Shown piece after piece: positions 55,700 to 64,000 of a stretch of DNA of 64,000 bases. Every line of letters begins with the position of its first letter. Position 1 is the first letter of the stretch. Below the pieces are notes generated by a model, which was not told where the DNA came from, searched no databases, and saw nothing but the letters and a program-made list of their open reading frames with translations. Position numbers and translations under genes: made by a program. The DNA comes from an uncultured Phycisphaeraceae bacterium. Its GTDB lineage: Bacteria; Planctomycetota; Phycisphaerae; Phycisphaerales; UBA1924. Where the stretch lies: positions 44,291-108,290 of the forward strand of contig CAZTQN010000004.1 of assembly GCA_964615765.1 (NCBI GenBank). The letters are read 5' to 3'.

Positions 55700-57307
55700 T
55701 CACCGCCGCGACGGCCCCACGCCGATCCGCCCGTACGTCGCCTGTACCCACGGGTGACTCTCGAACAGCCGCCAGATCAGCCCGCTCCGCGCGTTCTCGA
55801 TCGCCAAGGTCAGCGGGCCCTGGTCGATCGCCACGCAGTCCGGAGCGACCCACCCGGTGCCCAGGTTGAACGAGTCCTGGAACCCGAAGTTGGGTTTCGA
55901 GCACGGGTCCGCCGCCGGCTCGCGCCACACCAGCGGCGTCCCGTCCGCCTTCTTGAGCGACCGGTAATACCGCAGGGCCGCCACCGCCCGGGCCGGGTCG
56001 AACATGATCGCGCACCCCGCCCCATACGGCGGGATCGTGCCGTCGCCGAAGTCGTCCTTGGGCGTGAACACCGCGAAGTCCACCTCCGGCTTGGCGTCCG
56101 ACACCTGCACCGCATCGGGAAACACGCCCGGCACGGCGTATCCCGTCACCGCGTCGTTCGCCGTCAGGCCCCACGCGTTCTCGCCCAGCGTCGGCACGCC
56201 CTTCGGGTTCGCCTCCGCCTTGAGTTGGTGCAGGCGCACCGCGCGACGGCTGTTCTCCCACCAGTCGACCCGCGGGCGGCGCTCGACGCCCTTCGCCGCC
56301 GGGTCGTCCGGCCCGCGCCCGGCGTAGTCCATGAACAGGTGCGCGAAGAAGTTGGTGAACAGCGCGCCCGACCACGGAAACCACACCATCGCCCCCGCGT
56401 CGCCGTACGTCCCCATCTGCCGCCGCAGCCGGTAGTACAACCGCTCGTCCACGCGATGCTCGGCCTTCGGCGACAAGGCCGCGAAGAAACTCACCAGCCG
56501 GTGCTCATCGCCCGAGTCGGCCCAGTAATACGGCAGGATCGCCCCGTCCCCCGTCGGGTTCTTGAAGTCCTTGGCCTTCCACCCCAGCGTGATGTACCCC
56601 TTCATGTGCGGCTCGTGCGCACGCGGGGTCTGCTCGACAAAGAACGTCCAGTCCGCCGCGGCGAGCATGCGGTCGGCCCGCTCCCGCGCCTCGCCCCCGA
56701 AGTACATCCCCGACACGACAAACCCGCCGAACAGCAGCGCCGTGTCGATCGTGCTGACCACGTCGTTGTCGATCGGCTTGGCGGTCTTGCCGTCGAGGAA
56801 GTGATAGAACACGCCCGCCTTGCGGTTGGTCGGCTCGTTCTCCAGCGCGCGCAGAATGCGCAGCGTCCGCTCTTCACCCTGGGCCCGCGTGATGTACCCG
56901 CGCTCGACCGCCGCCGGGATGGCGGCCAGTTGAAACCCCACGCCCGCAACGCTCGCGAACGACGCGCTCGACCGGTCGAACACCATCCCGGTCGCCGGGT
57001 CGCACGCGCACCACAAGTACCAGAACGACGCCCGCTGCACCTCATCCAGAAACCGCTCATCGTCGGCCGAGAACGCAAAGGGCGGGCGCGGCACACCCGC
57101 GGGGGATTCGATCGTCCACTCCGCCGCCCGTTTCGGCTGGGCCGGGGTCGGCGGGGGCGCGATCCACGTCGCCGCCGGCCTGTCGCGCCCCTCCGGCAAA
57201 CGGCCCACGGAATGACCGGCGCACCCGCTCAGCATGGTGAGAACCCCCGCGAAAATGCCGGCGGCGCACCCGATCCGCACTGTTCCCGATGATGTAAGCC
57301 TTTGCAT
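55700..57307 (-). CDS. GH144-like (DUF3131 / glucoamylase-like) putative endo-beta-1,2-glucanase, lipoprotein
   Basis: From ATG 57307 (alternative ATG 57325) the protein starts MQRLTSSGTVRIGCAAGIFAGVLTMLSGC, which carries a lipobox. Other motifs are ERFLDEVQRASFWYLW, GVGFQLAAI, TIDTALLFGG, and the C-terminal NFGFQDSFNLGTGWVAPDCVAIDQGPLTLAIENARSGLIWRLF typical of this family. The part of track ORF 55700..58447 above 57325 is antisense to the LacI gene. Confidence 0.65.
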   Translation of the reverse strand: MQRLTSSGTVRIGCAAGIFAGVLTMLSGCAGHSVGRLPEGRDRPAATWIAPPPTPAQPKRAAEWTIESPAGVPRPPFAFSADDERFLDEVQRASFWYLWCACDPATGMVFDRSSASFASVAGVGFQLAAIPAAVERGYITRAQGEERTLRILRALENEPTNRKAGVFYHFLDGKTAKPIDNDVVSTIDTALLFGGFVVSGMYFGGEARERADRMLAAADWTFFVEQTPRAHEPHMKGYITLGWKAKDFKNPTGDGAILPYYWADSGDEHRLVSFFAALSPKAEHRVDERLYYRLRRQMGTYGDAGAMVWFPWSGALFTNFFAHLFMDYAGRGPDDPAAKGVERRPRVDWWENSRRAVRLHQLKAEANPKGVPTLGENAWGLTANDAVTGYAVPGVFPDAVQVSDAKPEVDFAVFTPKDDFGDGTIPPYGAGCAIMFDPARAVAALRYYRSLKKADGTPLVWREPAADPCSKPNFGFQDSFNLGTGWVAPDCVAIDQGPLTLAIENARSGLIWRLFESHPWVQATYGRIGVGPSRR

Positions 57308-57403
57308 CACTAGAACGTACCGCATCGGCTCGATATCTTCAAGACGGTGCTGCCCAAGGATGCCCGAAACCACCTCGACCCTCGGGCCGCCCGGCCGGCG
57401 TCC

Positions 57404-58396
57404 ATGGAAGATGTCGCCCGCGTCGCCGCGGTCTCCACGGCGACCGTCAGCCGGGTTCTGAACAACCCCGGGCTGGTCGCGCCCGAAACCGCCGCCCGCG
57501 TTCAGCGGGCCATCGAAGAGCTCGGCTACAAGCCCAACGTCTTCGCCCAGGGCCTCATGACCCGGCGCAGCCGCCTGCTGGGACTGCTGCTCCCGGACAT
57601 TCACGGCGAGTTCTACTCCGAACTCCTCCGCGGCGCCGACGCCGAGGCCCGCCGCCAGAACTACCACCTGCTGGTCGCCTCCGAGGGTGGGGGCGGCGAT
57701 ACCGACGTGACGCCCATGTTCTCCGGCGCCGTCGTCGGGTTCCTGGGCGGTCTGGCGATCATGCTGACCGAGCCCAACGAATCGCTCGCGCGGGAAGCCC
57801 GCACCGCGAACCTCCCCATCGTCGTCATCGACGACGACTTCGCCGGCGAGCACGTCGACCGCGTGCTGGTCGACAACGCCGCCGGCACGCGCGAGGCCGT
57901 TGATCACCTGCTCGCGTCCGTCCCGCCGGACCGCTGCTACTTCATCGGCGGCCCGCGTTCGAACTTCGACTCGGCCCAGCGGGCCCGCGCCTTCGCCGAG
58001 CGCCTCGCCGAAGTCGCCCCCGTCGACCCCGCCCGCGTCCGCTCCGGCGAGTACAGCGTCGAATCCGGCCAGCGCCTCGCCGCCGAGATTCTCGACCAGC
58101 GCACGTCCAAGGCGCCCATCGGCGTGCTCGCGGCGAACGACGAGATCGCGTATGGCGTCATGCTCGCTGCCCAGGACCGAGGGCTCGATGTCCCGCGCGA
58201 TGTCCGCATCGTCGGCTTCGACGACACCCGCCTCGCGTCGCTCGTGCGCCCGCAGATGAGCAGCGTGCGCGTTCCGATGTCCGAAGTCGGCGCCTCCGCC
58301 GTGCGCCTGCTCGTGCAGCGGGCCGCCGACCCGGCCCGCCCCGGCGAGACCATCCGCCTGGCCACACGCCTGATCGTCCGCGCAACCAGCGCCTGA
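57404..58396 (+). CDS. LacI/GalR-family transcriptional regulator
   Basis: From ATG 57404 the protein reads MEDVARVAAVSTATVSRVLNNPGLVAPETAARVQRAIEELGYKPN (HTH). This is followed by a periplasmic-binding-fold sugar domain (VLAANDEIAYGVMLAAQDRGLDVPRDVRIVGFDD). GTG 57347 is an alternative start. Confidence 0.88.
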   Translation: MEDVARVAAVSTATVSRVLNNPGLVAPETAARVQRAIEELGYKPNVFAQGLMTRRSRLLGLLLPDIHGEFYSELLRGADAEARRQNYHLLVASEGGGGDTDVTPMFSGAVVGFLGGLAIMLTEPNESLAREARTANLPIVVIDDDFAGEHVDRVLVDNAAGTREAVDHLLASVPPDRCYFIGGPRSNFDSAQRARAFAERLAEVAPVDPARVRSGEYSVESGQRLAAEILDQRTSKAPIGVLAANDEIAYGVMLAAQDRGLDVPRDVRIVGFDDTRLASLVRPQMSSVRVPMSEVGASAVRLLVQRAADPARPGETIRLATRLIVRATSA

Positions 58397-58546
58397 TCTG
58401 GTCGAAGCGCCCGGCCCGCAGCCTGAACGCTGCTCAATCTGAACCATCTTTCACGTCCGCGCTGGACCTTCAGCACGCCGGTGCGACCCGTCTACGGTTG
58501 GCCCGCGGCGACCGCCCCCAACCTCGCGTCGCCGCCGGAGACCGAC

Positions 58547-59929
58547 ATGCCTTTCCCCGCACAGTTCCTCTGGGGCGCCGCCACCAGTTCGTACCAGATC
58601 GAAGGCTCACCCACCGCCGACGGCGCCGGCCCATCCGTCTACGAGCCGTTCTGCAAGCGCCCCGGGGCCGTCTTCTCCGGACACTCCGGCCAGATCGCCA
58701 GCCAGCACTACACCCGCTGGCGCGAGGACGTCGGCATCATGCGCGACCTCAACCTGCAGGCCTACCGCTTCAGCGTTGCGTGGGGCCGCGTACTGCCCGA
58801 CGGCACCGGCCGCGTGAACGAAGCCGGCCTCGGCTTCTACGACCGCCTCGTCGACGCGCTGCTGGAAGCCAAGATCCAGCCCTGGGTCACGCTCTTCCAC
58901 TGGGACCTCCCGCTCGCCCTCAATCACCGCGGCGGGTGGTTCAACCGCGACATCGCCAACTGGTTCGCGGATTACGCCGCGTTGGTCGTCGACCAGCTCG
59001 GCGACCGCGTCAAGCACTGGATGACCATCAACGAGCCGCAGGTCTTCATCAAGTTCGGCTACGGCGACGGCATCGTCGCACCGGGCCTCAAGCTCGGGCT
59101 CGATGAACAGGTCGTCGCGTGCCACCACGCCCTCCGCGCCCACGGCGCCGGCGTGCAAGCCATTCGGGCCGCCTCACCGTCGCCGTGCCAGGTCGGCTGG
59201 GCCTTGGTCAACCGCACGTTCTACCCCGCGACCGATGCGGCCGCCGACGTCGAAGCCGCCCGCCGCTGCACCATGGGCGTGCTGACGCCGGACCTCTGGA
59301 ACAACACCTGGTACGCCGACCCCGCCTTCTTCGGGCACTATCCGGAAGACGGGCTCAAACTCTTCGGCCCCGCCGCTCAGCCCCCCATCGAGCCCGGCGA
59401 CATGGCCCAGATCCGCCAGCCGCTCGATTTCTACGGCGTGAACATCTACGACGGCGTGCCCGTCCGCGCCAAGGCGCCCACGCCCGCCGCCCCGGCCGAT
59501 TACGAGACCGTCCCCTTCCCCGACGGGCATCCGCAGACGGCCTTCCGCTGGTTCATCACGCCGCCCGCGCTCCGCTTCGGGCCGCGCTTTGTCAGCGAGC
59601 GCTACAAGGTCCCGGTCTACATCACCGAGAACGGCCTCTCCAACGTCGACTGGGTCATGTCCGACGGCAAGGTCCACGACCCGCAGCGCACCGACTACAC
59701 CCGGCGCTACCTCATCGAACTCGAGAAGGCCATCGCCGACGGCGCCGACATTCGCGGCTACTTCCACTGGTCCCTGCTCGACAACTTCGAGTGGGCCGCC
59801 GGTTACCGCGAACGCTTCGGGCTCGTCCACGTCGACTACGCCACCGGCACGCGCACCGTGAAGGAATCCGCCAAGTGGTACCGCGGCGTGATCACCAGCA
59901 ACGGGCGTGCGCTGCACACACATTCTTAA
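58547..59929 (+). CDS. GH1-family beta-glucosidase
   Basis: From ATG 58547 the protein reads MPFPAQFLWGAATSSYQIEG. Other motifs are AYRFSVAWGRVLPDG, LFHWDLP, WMTINEP (acid/base Glu), YITENG (nucleophile Glu) and HWSLLDNFEWAAGY. Confidence 0.92.
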   Translation: MPFPAQFLWGAATSSYQIEGSPTADGAGPSVYEPFCKRPGAVFSGHSGQIASQHYTRWREDVGIMRDLNLQAYRFSVAWGRVLPDGTGRVNEAGLGFYDRLVDALLEAKIQPWVTLFHWDLPLALNHRGGWFNRDIANWFADYAALVVDQLGDRVKHWMTINEPQVFIKFGYGDGIVAPGLKLGLDEQVVACHHALRAHGAGVQAIRAASPSPCQVGWALVNRTFYPATDAAADVEAARRCTMGVLTPDLWNNTWYADPAFFGHYPEDGLKLFGPAAQPPIEPGDMAQIRQPLDFYGVNIYDGVPVRAKAPTPAAPADYETVPFPDGHPQTAFRWFITPPALRFGPRFVSERYKVPVYITENGLSNVDWVMSDGKVHDPQRTDYTRRYLIELEKAIADGADIRGYFHWSLLDNFEWAAGYRERFGLVHVDYATGTRTVKESAKWYRGVITSNGRALHTHS

Positions 59930-59977
59930 CACTGGCGCGGGCGCGAGACGGTTTCGGAAAAACCTACCCTCGCGCCC

Positions 59978-61084
59978 ATGGACACCGCCGCCGACCGTCC
60001 GCTGTTCACGCCCGGCCCGCTGACCACCAGCCGCACCGTCAAGCAGGCCATGCTGCGCGACCTGGGCTCGCGCGATCCCGAGTTCATCGGGGTCGTGGCC
60101 TGCGTCCGCCGGGCGCTGCTCGACGTCGCCGGGGCCGCCCCCGCGACATGGACATGCGTGCCGATGCAGGGCAGCGGCACGTTCGGGATCGAGGCGGCGA
60201 TCTCCTCCGCCGTGCCGCGACAGGGCACCGTCGCCGTGGTCGTGAACGGCGCGTACGGGCGGCGCATGGCGACCATCGCGCGTCGGCACGACATCCCGGC
60301 GACCATCATCGAGTGTCCCGAGACGCAGCGGGCCGAGCCGAGCGAGATCGAGCGGGCCCTGAAGGCCATGCCGACCAAGCCGTCGCTGCTGGCGTGCGTG
60401 CACTGCGAGACCACCACCGGCCTGGTCAACGACATTGTCGGCATTGTCGCCGCGGCCCACGCGCACGGCGTGCCGGTGCTCATCGACTCCATGTCCGGCT
60501 TCGGCGCCCTGCCGATCGATGTCGCCACGATGCCCGGGCTCGCGTACCTGGTCAGTTCCTCCAACAAGTGCGTCGAGGGCGTGCCGGGGCTCAGCTTCGT
60601 GCTCGCTCGAAAGGACGCGCTGGCGGCGTGCGAAGGCCGCGCCCGCTCGCTGGCCCTCGACCTGTTCGACCAGCACCGCGGGCTCGAGGCCGACGGTCAG
60701 TTCCGCTTCACCCCGCCGACGCACGTCATCCTCGCGCTCGACCAGGCCCTGCGCGAACTCGCCGCCGAGGGCGGCCCGCCCGCTCGCCTCGCACGCTACG
60801 CCCGGCTGCAGCGCATCGTCGTCGCCGGCCTGCGCGAACTGGGCTACCGCACGCTCCTGCCCGATCACCTGCTTAGCCCGATCATCACCAGTTTCCTCTA
60901 CCCCGACGGCGGCGCGTTCAACTTCGCCACCTTCGCCGCCACGCTCGCCGACATGGGGCACGTGATCTACCCCGGCAAGGTCTCCGACGCGCCCTGCTTC
61001 CGCGTCGGCTCGATCGGGCGTCTGCGCGAGTCCGACGCGCACGCCCTGGTGCGCTCCATCGCGGCCATTACCCCGGGCCGGTGA
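59978..61084 (+). CDS. phnW: 2-aminoethylphosphonate:pyruvate aminotransferase
   Basis: LFTPGPLTTSRTVKQAML, VVNGAYGRRM, CETTTGLVNDI, LVSSSNKCVEGVPGLSFV (PLP Lys), GQFRFTPPTH and VIYPGKVSDAPCFRVGSIG align closely along the whole length with enterobacterial PhnW as I remember it. Confidence 0.85.
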   Translation: MDTAADRPLFTPGPLTTSRTVKQAMLRDLGSRDPEFIGVVACVRRALLDVAGAAPATWTCVPMQGSGTFGIEAAISSAVPRQGTVAVVVNGAYGRRMATIARRHDIPATIIECPETQRAEPSEIERALKAMPTKPSLLACVHCETTTGLVNDIVGIVAAAHAHGVPVLIDSMSGFGALPIDVATMPGLAYLVSSSNKCVEGVPGLSFVLARKDALAACEGRARSLALDLFDQHRGLEADGQFRFTPPTHVILALDQALRELAAEGGPPARLARYARLQRIVVAGLRELGYRTLLPDHLLSPIITSFLYPDGGAFNFATFAATLADMGHVIYPGKVSDAPCFRVGSIGRLRESDAHALVRSIAAITPGR

Positions 61085-61127
61085 AGTCCCTGCAACCTGT
61101 CCGTGCACGCCCGGGTACACTGCGCGC

Positions 61128-64000
61128 ATGCAACGGCTTACATCCGCATCCGCCGGTGTTTTTCTGACCATTCTCTCCGCATATGCGCAGCCGGGCGGGT
61201 CACCGCCGCGCCCGCCCGAGGCGCGCGTGCTGGACTCGTTCGACTCGCCCGACGGCTGGGCCGTCGTCACGTCCGAGGCGGTCAATCTCAAGATCTCGCC
61301 CGACCGCGTCGGCGACGCCAAAGCGCTCCGCCTCGATTACGACTTCACCCGCGGCTCGGGCTACGCCATCATCCGCAAGACCTTCGACCTCCGCCTGCCC
61401 GACAACTACCGCTTCACCTTCAATATCCGCGGCCAGGGCCCGCGCAACACGCTCGAGTTCAAACTCCTCGACGACACCCTCGACAACGTCTGGTGGCTCA
61501 ACCAGCCGAACTTCAACTTCCCGGCCGAGTTCGCCACCGTCACCATCCCGCGCCGCAAGATCTCGTTCGCGTGGGGCCCGTCGCACGGGCAGACGCCGCT
61601 GAAGGCGGCCCATGCCGTCGAGTTCGTCATCACCTCGTTCAACGGCGGCAAGGGAACGGTGTGGCTGGACGAGTTCCGCTTCGAGCCGCTCCCGGTCCCG
61701 GCGCCCCCGAGCGCGCCGCCCGCCGTCACCGTCTCGTCCACCGCGCGCGACACCGTCCCGCCGCAGGTGCTCGCCGCCGACGGCTCGCTCGGCTGGTTCT
61801 CCGCGAGCGCCGACGCGCGGCCGACCTGCACTATCACGTACCCCGAACCGCGCGACCTCGGCGGGCTCATCCTCTCCTGGGGCAAGGACGCGCACCCGGG
61901 CGCGTACACCGTCGAGCTTTCGCCCGACGGCGCCGCCTTCGCGCCCGCCGCGACCATCGCCAAGACCGACGGCGGGCATGACTATCTCGTCATCCCAGAC
62001 GCCATCGCCAAGGCCGTGCGCATCACCGCCGCCGCCCCTGGCAAGACCGTCGCCATCGACCGCGTCCGCGTCATGCCGCCCGAGTTCGCCGACACGCGCA
62101 ACGCCGTCATCACGGCCGCCGCCGCCGACGCGCCCTTCGGCTTCTACCCGCGCGCGTTCCGCAATGAGGCGACCTATTGGACCATCGCTGGCGTCAGCGG
62201 CGACGACCAGGAGATCCTCGTCAGCCAGGACGGCGCCGTCGAAGTCACCAAGGAAGGCTTCTCGATCGAGCCGTTCATCATCACCGACGCCGGCATCAAG
62301 ACCTTCGCCGACGCCGAGATCACGCAGTCGCTCCAAGACGGGTACCTGCCCGTGCCGGGCGTGACGTGGACGCTCGGCAACCTCACGCTCGCGATGACCT
62401 TCGCCACCGAGGGCGCCGTCGGCGACGCCCGCATGCTCGCCCGCTACACGCTCACCAACACGGGCGCCGAGCCCCGTCGCGGCCGGCTCGCACTCGCCAT
62501 CCGACCGTTCCAGGTCAACCCGCCGTACCAGTGGCTCAACACCCTCGGCGGCGTCGGACGCATCGACCGCATCCAGCGCTCGAGCACGAGCGTGACCGTC
62601 GACGGCACCGAGATCGTCCCGCTCACGCCGCCCGCCGCCTTCGCGGCCGTGCCCTTCGAACAGGGCGAGATCGTGCATCACCTCGCCGCCGGGACGCTCC
62701 CCACGTCCACGAGCACATCCGACCCGACGGGCCTGGCCTCCGCGGCGTTGGTCTACGACTTCACGCTCGCGCCCGGCCAGAACCTCACCGTCCCGCTCAT
62801 CGCCGGGTTGCACAATCAGCCGGTAGCGGCTCGCAGCGCCGGCGCCGATCTTGCCGCGTTCGATAAGCGTCTGGAGGAAGCCGCCGCCGTGTGGCGCGGC
62901 CCGCTTGCGGGCGTCGACATCCGCCTGCCCGCGTCGCAGCAGCGCCTGGTCGACACCGTGCGAGCCAACCTCGCGTACATCCTCATCAACCGCGACGGGG
63001 CCGCCATCCATCCGGGCTCGCGCTCCTACGAACGGGCCTGGATCCGCGACGGTTCGCTGACGTCCGCCGCCCTGCTCGCGTTCGGCTATTTTGACGAGGC
63101 CAAGGCCTTCGCCGACTGGTTCGGCCCGTACCAATACGACAACGGCAAGGTCCCCTGCTGCGTCGACCGCCGCGGGCCGGACCCGGTGCCCGAGCACGAC
63201 AGCCACGGGCAGTACATCTGGCTGGTCCGCAACGTCTTCGAGCACACCGGCGACTCCGACTTCCTCGCCCGCCACTACCCGCGCGTGCTCAAGGCCGTCG
63301 AGTACATCAAGTTCCTCCGCGATCAGCGCAACACGCCGGAGTATCAGGAAGCCACCGGCCTTAAGGCCGCCAAGCGCGGCATCCTGCCCGAGTCCATCAG
63401 CCACGAGGGCTACTCCGCCAAGCCGATGCACTCGTACTGGGACAACTTCTTCGCGGCCCGCGGCCTGAACGACGCGGCCCACCTCGCCGACCTGATGGGC
63501 GACTCGAACAACGCCGCCGGCATTCGCCTGGTCGCGGGCGCGTTCCGCCGCTCGCTGTACGACTCCCTCGTCGTCGCCATGAGTTACGCCGAGATCGACT
63601 ACCTGCCGGGCTGCGTCGAACTGGGCGACTTCGACGCCACCAGCACGACCGTCGCGCTGTGGCCCTGCAACCTCCGCGGCACCATCCCCGAGGACGAACT
63701 CGTCCGCACCTTCGACCGCGCCTGGCAGTTCTTCCAGGACCGCGCCTCCGGCGCCAAGCCCTGGGACAACTACACCCCCTACGAGCACCGCACTGTCGGC
63801 GCCATGATCATGCTCGGCCACCGCGACCGCGCCCACACCATGTGGGACTGGTTCTTCACCCACCAGCGGCCGCCCGCCTGGCGACACTGGGGCGAGGTCG
63901 TCTGGAACGACCCCAAGACCAACAAGTTCATCGGCGACATGCCGCACACCTGGTGCGGGTCGGACTTCATCAACGCCTTCCGCACCATGTTCGCGTACGA
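61128..64000 (+). CDS. Secreted multidomain protein: CBM11/CIA30-like domain, F5/8 type C (discoidin) domain, GH15-like (alpha/alpha)6 glycosidase domain (3' end outside window)
   Basis: The ORF is not in the track because it runs off the right edge. The frame from ATG 61128 is open to 64000. The signal peptide is MQRLTSASAGVFLTILSAYAQ. Other motifs are LDSFDSPDGWAVV...GTVWLDEFRFEP, YTVELSPDGAAFAPAA...AIDRVRV, SRSYERAWIRDGSLTSAALLAFGYFDEAKAF (GH15-type W-x-RD motif), HDSHGQYIW, SYWDNFF and GDMPHTWCGSDF. Track ORFs 61103..61981(+) and 61200..63947(-) are shadows. Confidence 0.8.
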   Translation, partial: MQRLTSASAGVFLTILSAYAQPGGSPPRPPEARVLDSFDSPDGWAVVTSEAVNLKISPDRVGDAKALRLDYDFTRGSGYAIIRKTFDLRLPDNYRFTFNIRGQGPRNTLEFKLLDDTLDNVWWLNQPNFNFPAEFATVTIPRRKISFAWGPSHGQTPLKAAHAVEFVITSFNGGKGTVWLDEFRFEPLPVPAPPSAPPAVTVSSTARDTVPPQVLAADGSLGWFSASADARPTCTITYPEPRDLGGLILSWGKDAHPGAYTVELSPDGAAFAPAATIAKTDGGHDYLVIPDAIAKAVRITAAAPGKTVAIDRVRVMPPEFADTRNAVITAAAADAPFGFYPRAFRNEATYWTIAGVSGDDQEILVSQDGAVEVTKEGFSIEPFIITDAGIKTFADAEITQSLQDGYLPVPGVTWTLGNLTLAMTFATEGAVGDARMLARYTLTNTGAEPRRGRLALAIRPFQVNPPYQWLNTLGGVGRIDRIQRSSTSVTVDGTEIVPLTPPAAFAAVPFEQGEIVHHLAAGTLPTSTSTSDPTGLASAALVYDFTLAPGQNLTVPLIAGLHNQPVAARSAGADLAAFDKRLEEAAAVWRGPLAGVDIRLPASQQRLVDTVRANLAYILINRDGAAIHPGSRSYERAWIRDGSLTSAALLAFGYFDEAKAFADWFGPYQYDNGKVPCCVDRRGPDPVPEHDSHGQYIWLVRNVFEHTGDSDFLARHYPRVLKAVEYIKFLRDQRNTPEYQEATGLKAAKRGILPESISHEGYSAKPMHSYWDNFFAARGLNDAAHLADLMGDSNNAAGIRLVAGAFRRSLYDSLVVAMSYAEIDYLPGCVELGDFDATSTTVALWPCNLRGTIPEDELVRTFDRAWQFFQDRASGAKPWDNYTPYEHRTVGAMIMLGHRDRAHTMWDWFFTHQRPPAWRHWGEVVWNDPKTNKFIGDMPHTWCGSDFINAFRTMFAY

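Noticed and set aside
57290-57309. Imperfect palindrome TGATG-N10-CATCA as a LacI operator at the GH144-like/LacI divergent region
   Set aside because: Only 14 of 20 positions are symmetric. It overlaps the predicted GH144-like start codon and is unrelated to the TGAAAC-type sites, so the evidence is too weak.
57326-58447. N-terminal ~375 residues of track ORF 55700..58447 (-)
   Set aside because: This part is antisense to the LacI-family gene (clear HTH plus sugar-binding domain) and is low-complexity. The GH144-like protein begins at a lipoprotein signal peptide at ATG 57307 or 57325.
59119-61321. Track ORFs 59119..60876 (+, 585 aa) and 59174..61321 (-, 715 aa)
   Set aside because: They overlap the GH1 beta-glucosidase and phnW, both of which have diagnostic motifs in other frames. 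The products are Arg/Pro/Gly-rich.
61103-63947. Track ORFs 61103..61981 (+) and 61200..63947 (-, 915 aa)
   Set aside because: Both are Arg/Gly/Pro-rich shadows. The real gene is the third plus frame from ATG 61128, which has no stop inside the window and was therefore not listed.

Overview
This is a very GC-rich (roughly 70% by eye) bacterial chromosomal segment, densely coding on both strands. I support 55 protein-coding genes. Two of them run off the window edges and are therefore missing from the ORF track: 1..778 on the minus strand and 61128..64000 on the plus strand. I also support six terminator-like hairpins, several intragenic repeat arrays and three related AT-rich operator-like sites. 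I found no rRNA, tRNA, CRISPR array, transposase, integrase or prophage block. Most long ORFs in the track are antisense or out-of-frame shadows typical of high-GC DNA. Lineage is inferred as Planctomycetota, probably class Phycisphaerae. The grounds are prepilin-type H-X9-DG proteins, PEP-CTERM-like tails, a PSCyt1 cytochrome-c module, mreBCD, and dockerin modules ending in Gly-Cys. Housekeeping genes: ubiE, rpsU, membrane pyrophosphatase, apt, groES-like, recO, mreBCD, polA, prmC, an SRAP peptidase, and M48 and M16 peptidases. Accessory content worth a second look: (1) a 1311-aa collagen-like, tail-fibre-like surface protein with an S74 self-cleaving chaperone domain, translationally coupled to a small dockerin protein; (2) six proteins carrying C-terminal dockerin-like modules, five of which end in G-C, plus a tandem six-cysteine repeat; (3) a six-gene minus-strand operon in which a prepilin-like H-X9-DG protein sits between a GH94 phosphorylase and a sugar ABC importer, next to GH144-like, LacI, GH1 and GH15-like genes, which suggests a beta-1,2-glucan/sophoro-oligosaccharide locus; (4) an ACP plus two hot-dog dehydratase operon with no ketosynthase; (5) a ribosomal protein bS21 with a poly-Gly/Phe tail. 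All functional calls rest on motif recognition by eye. No database search was run.
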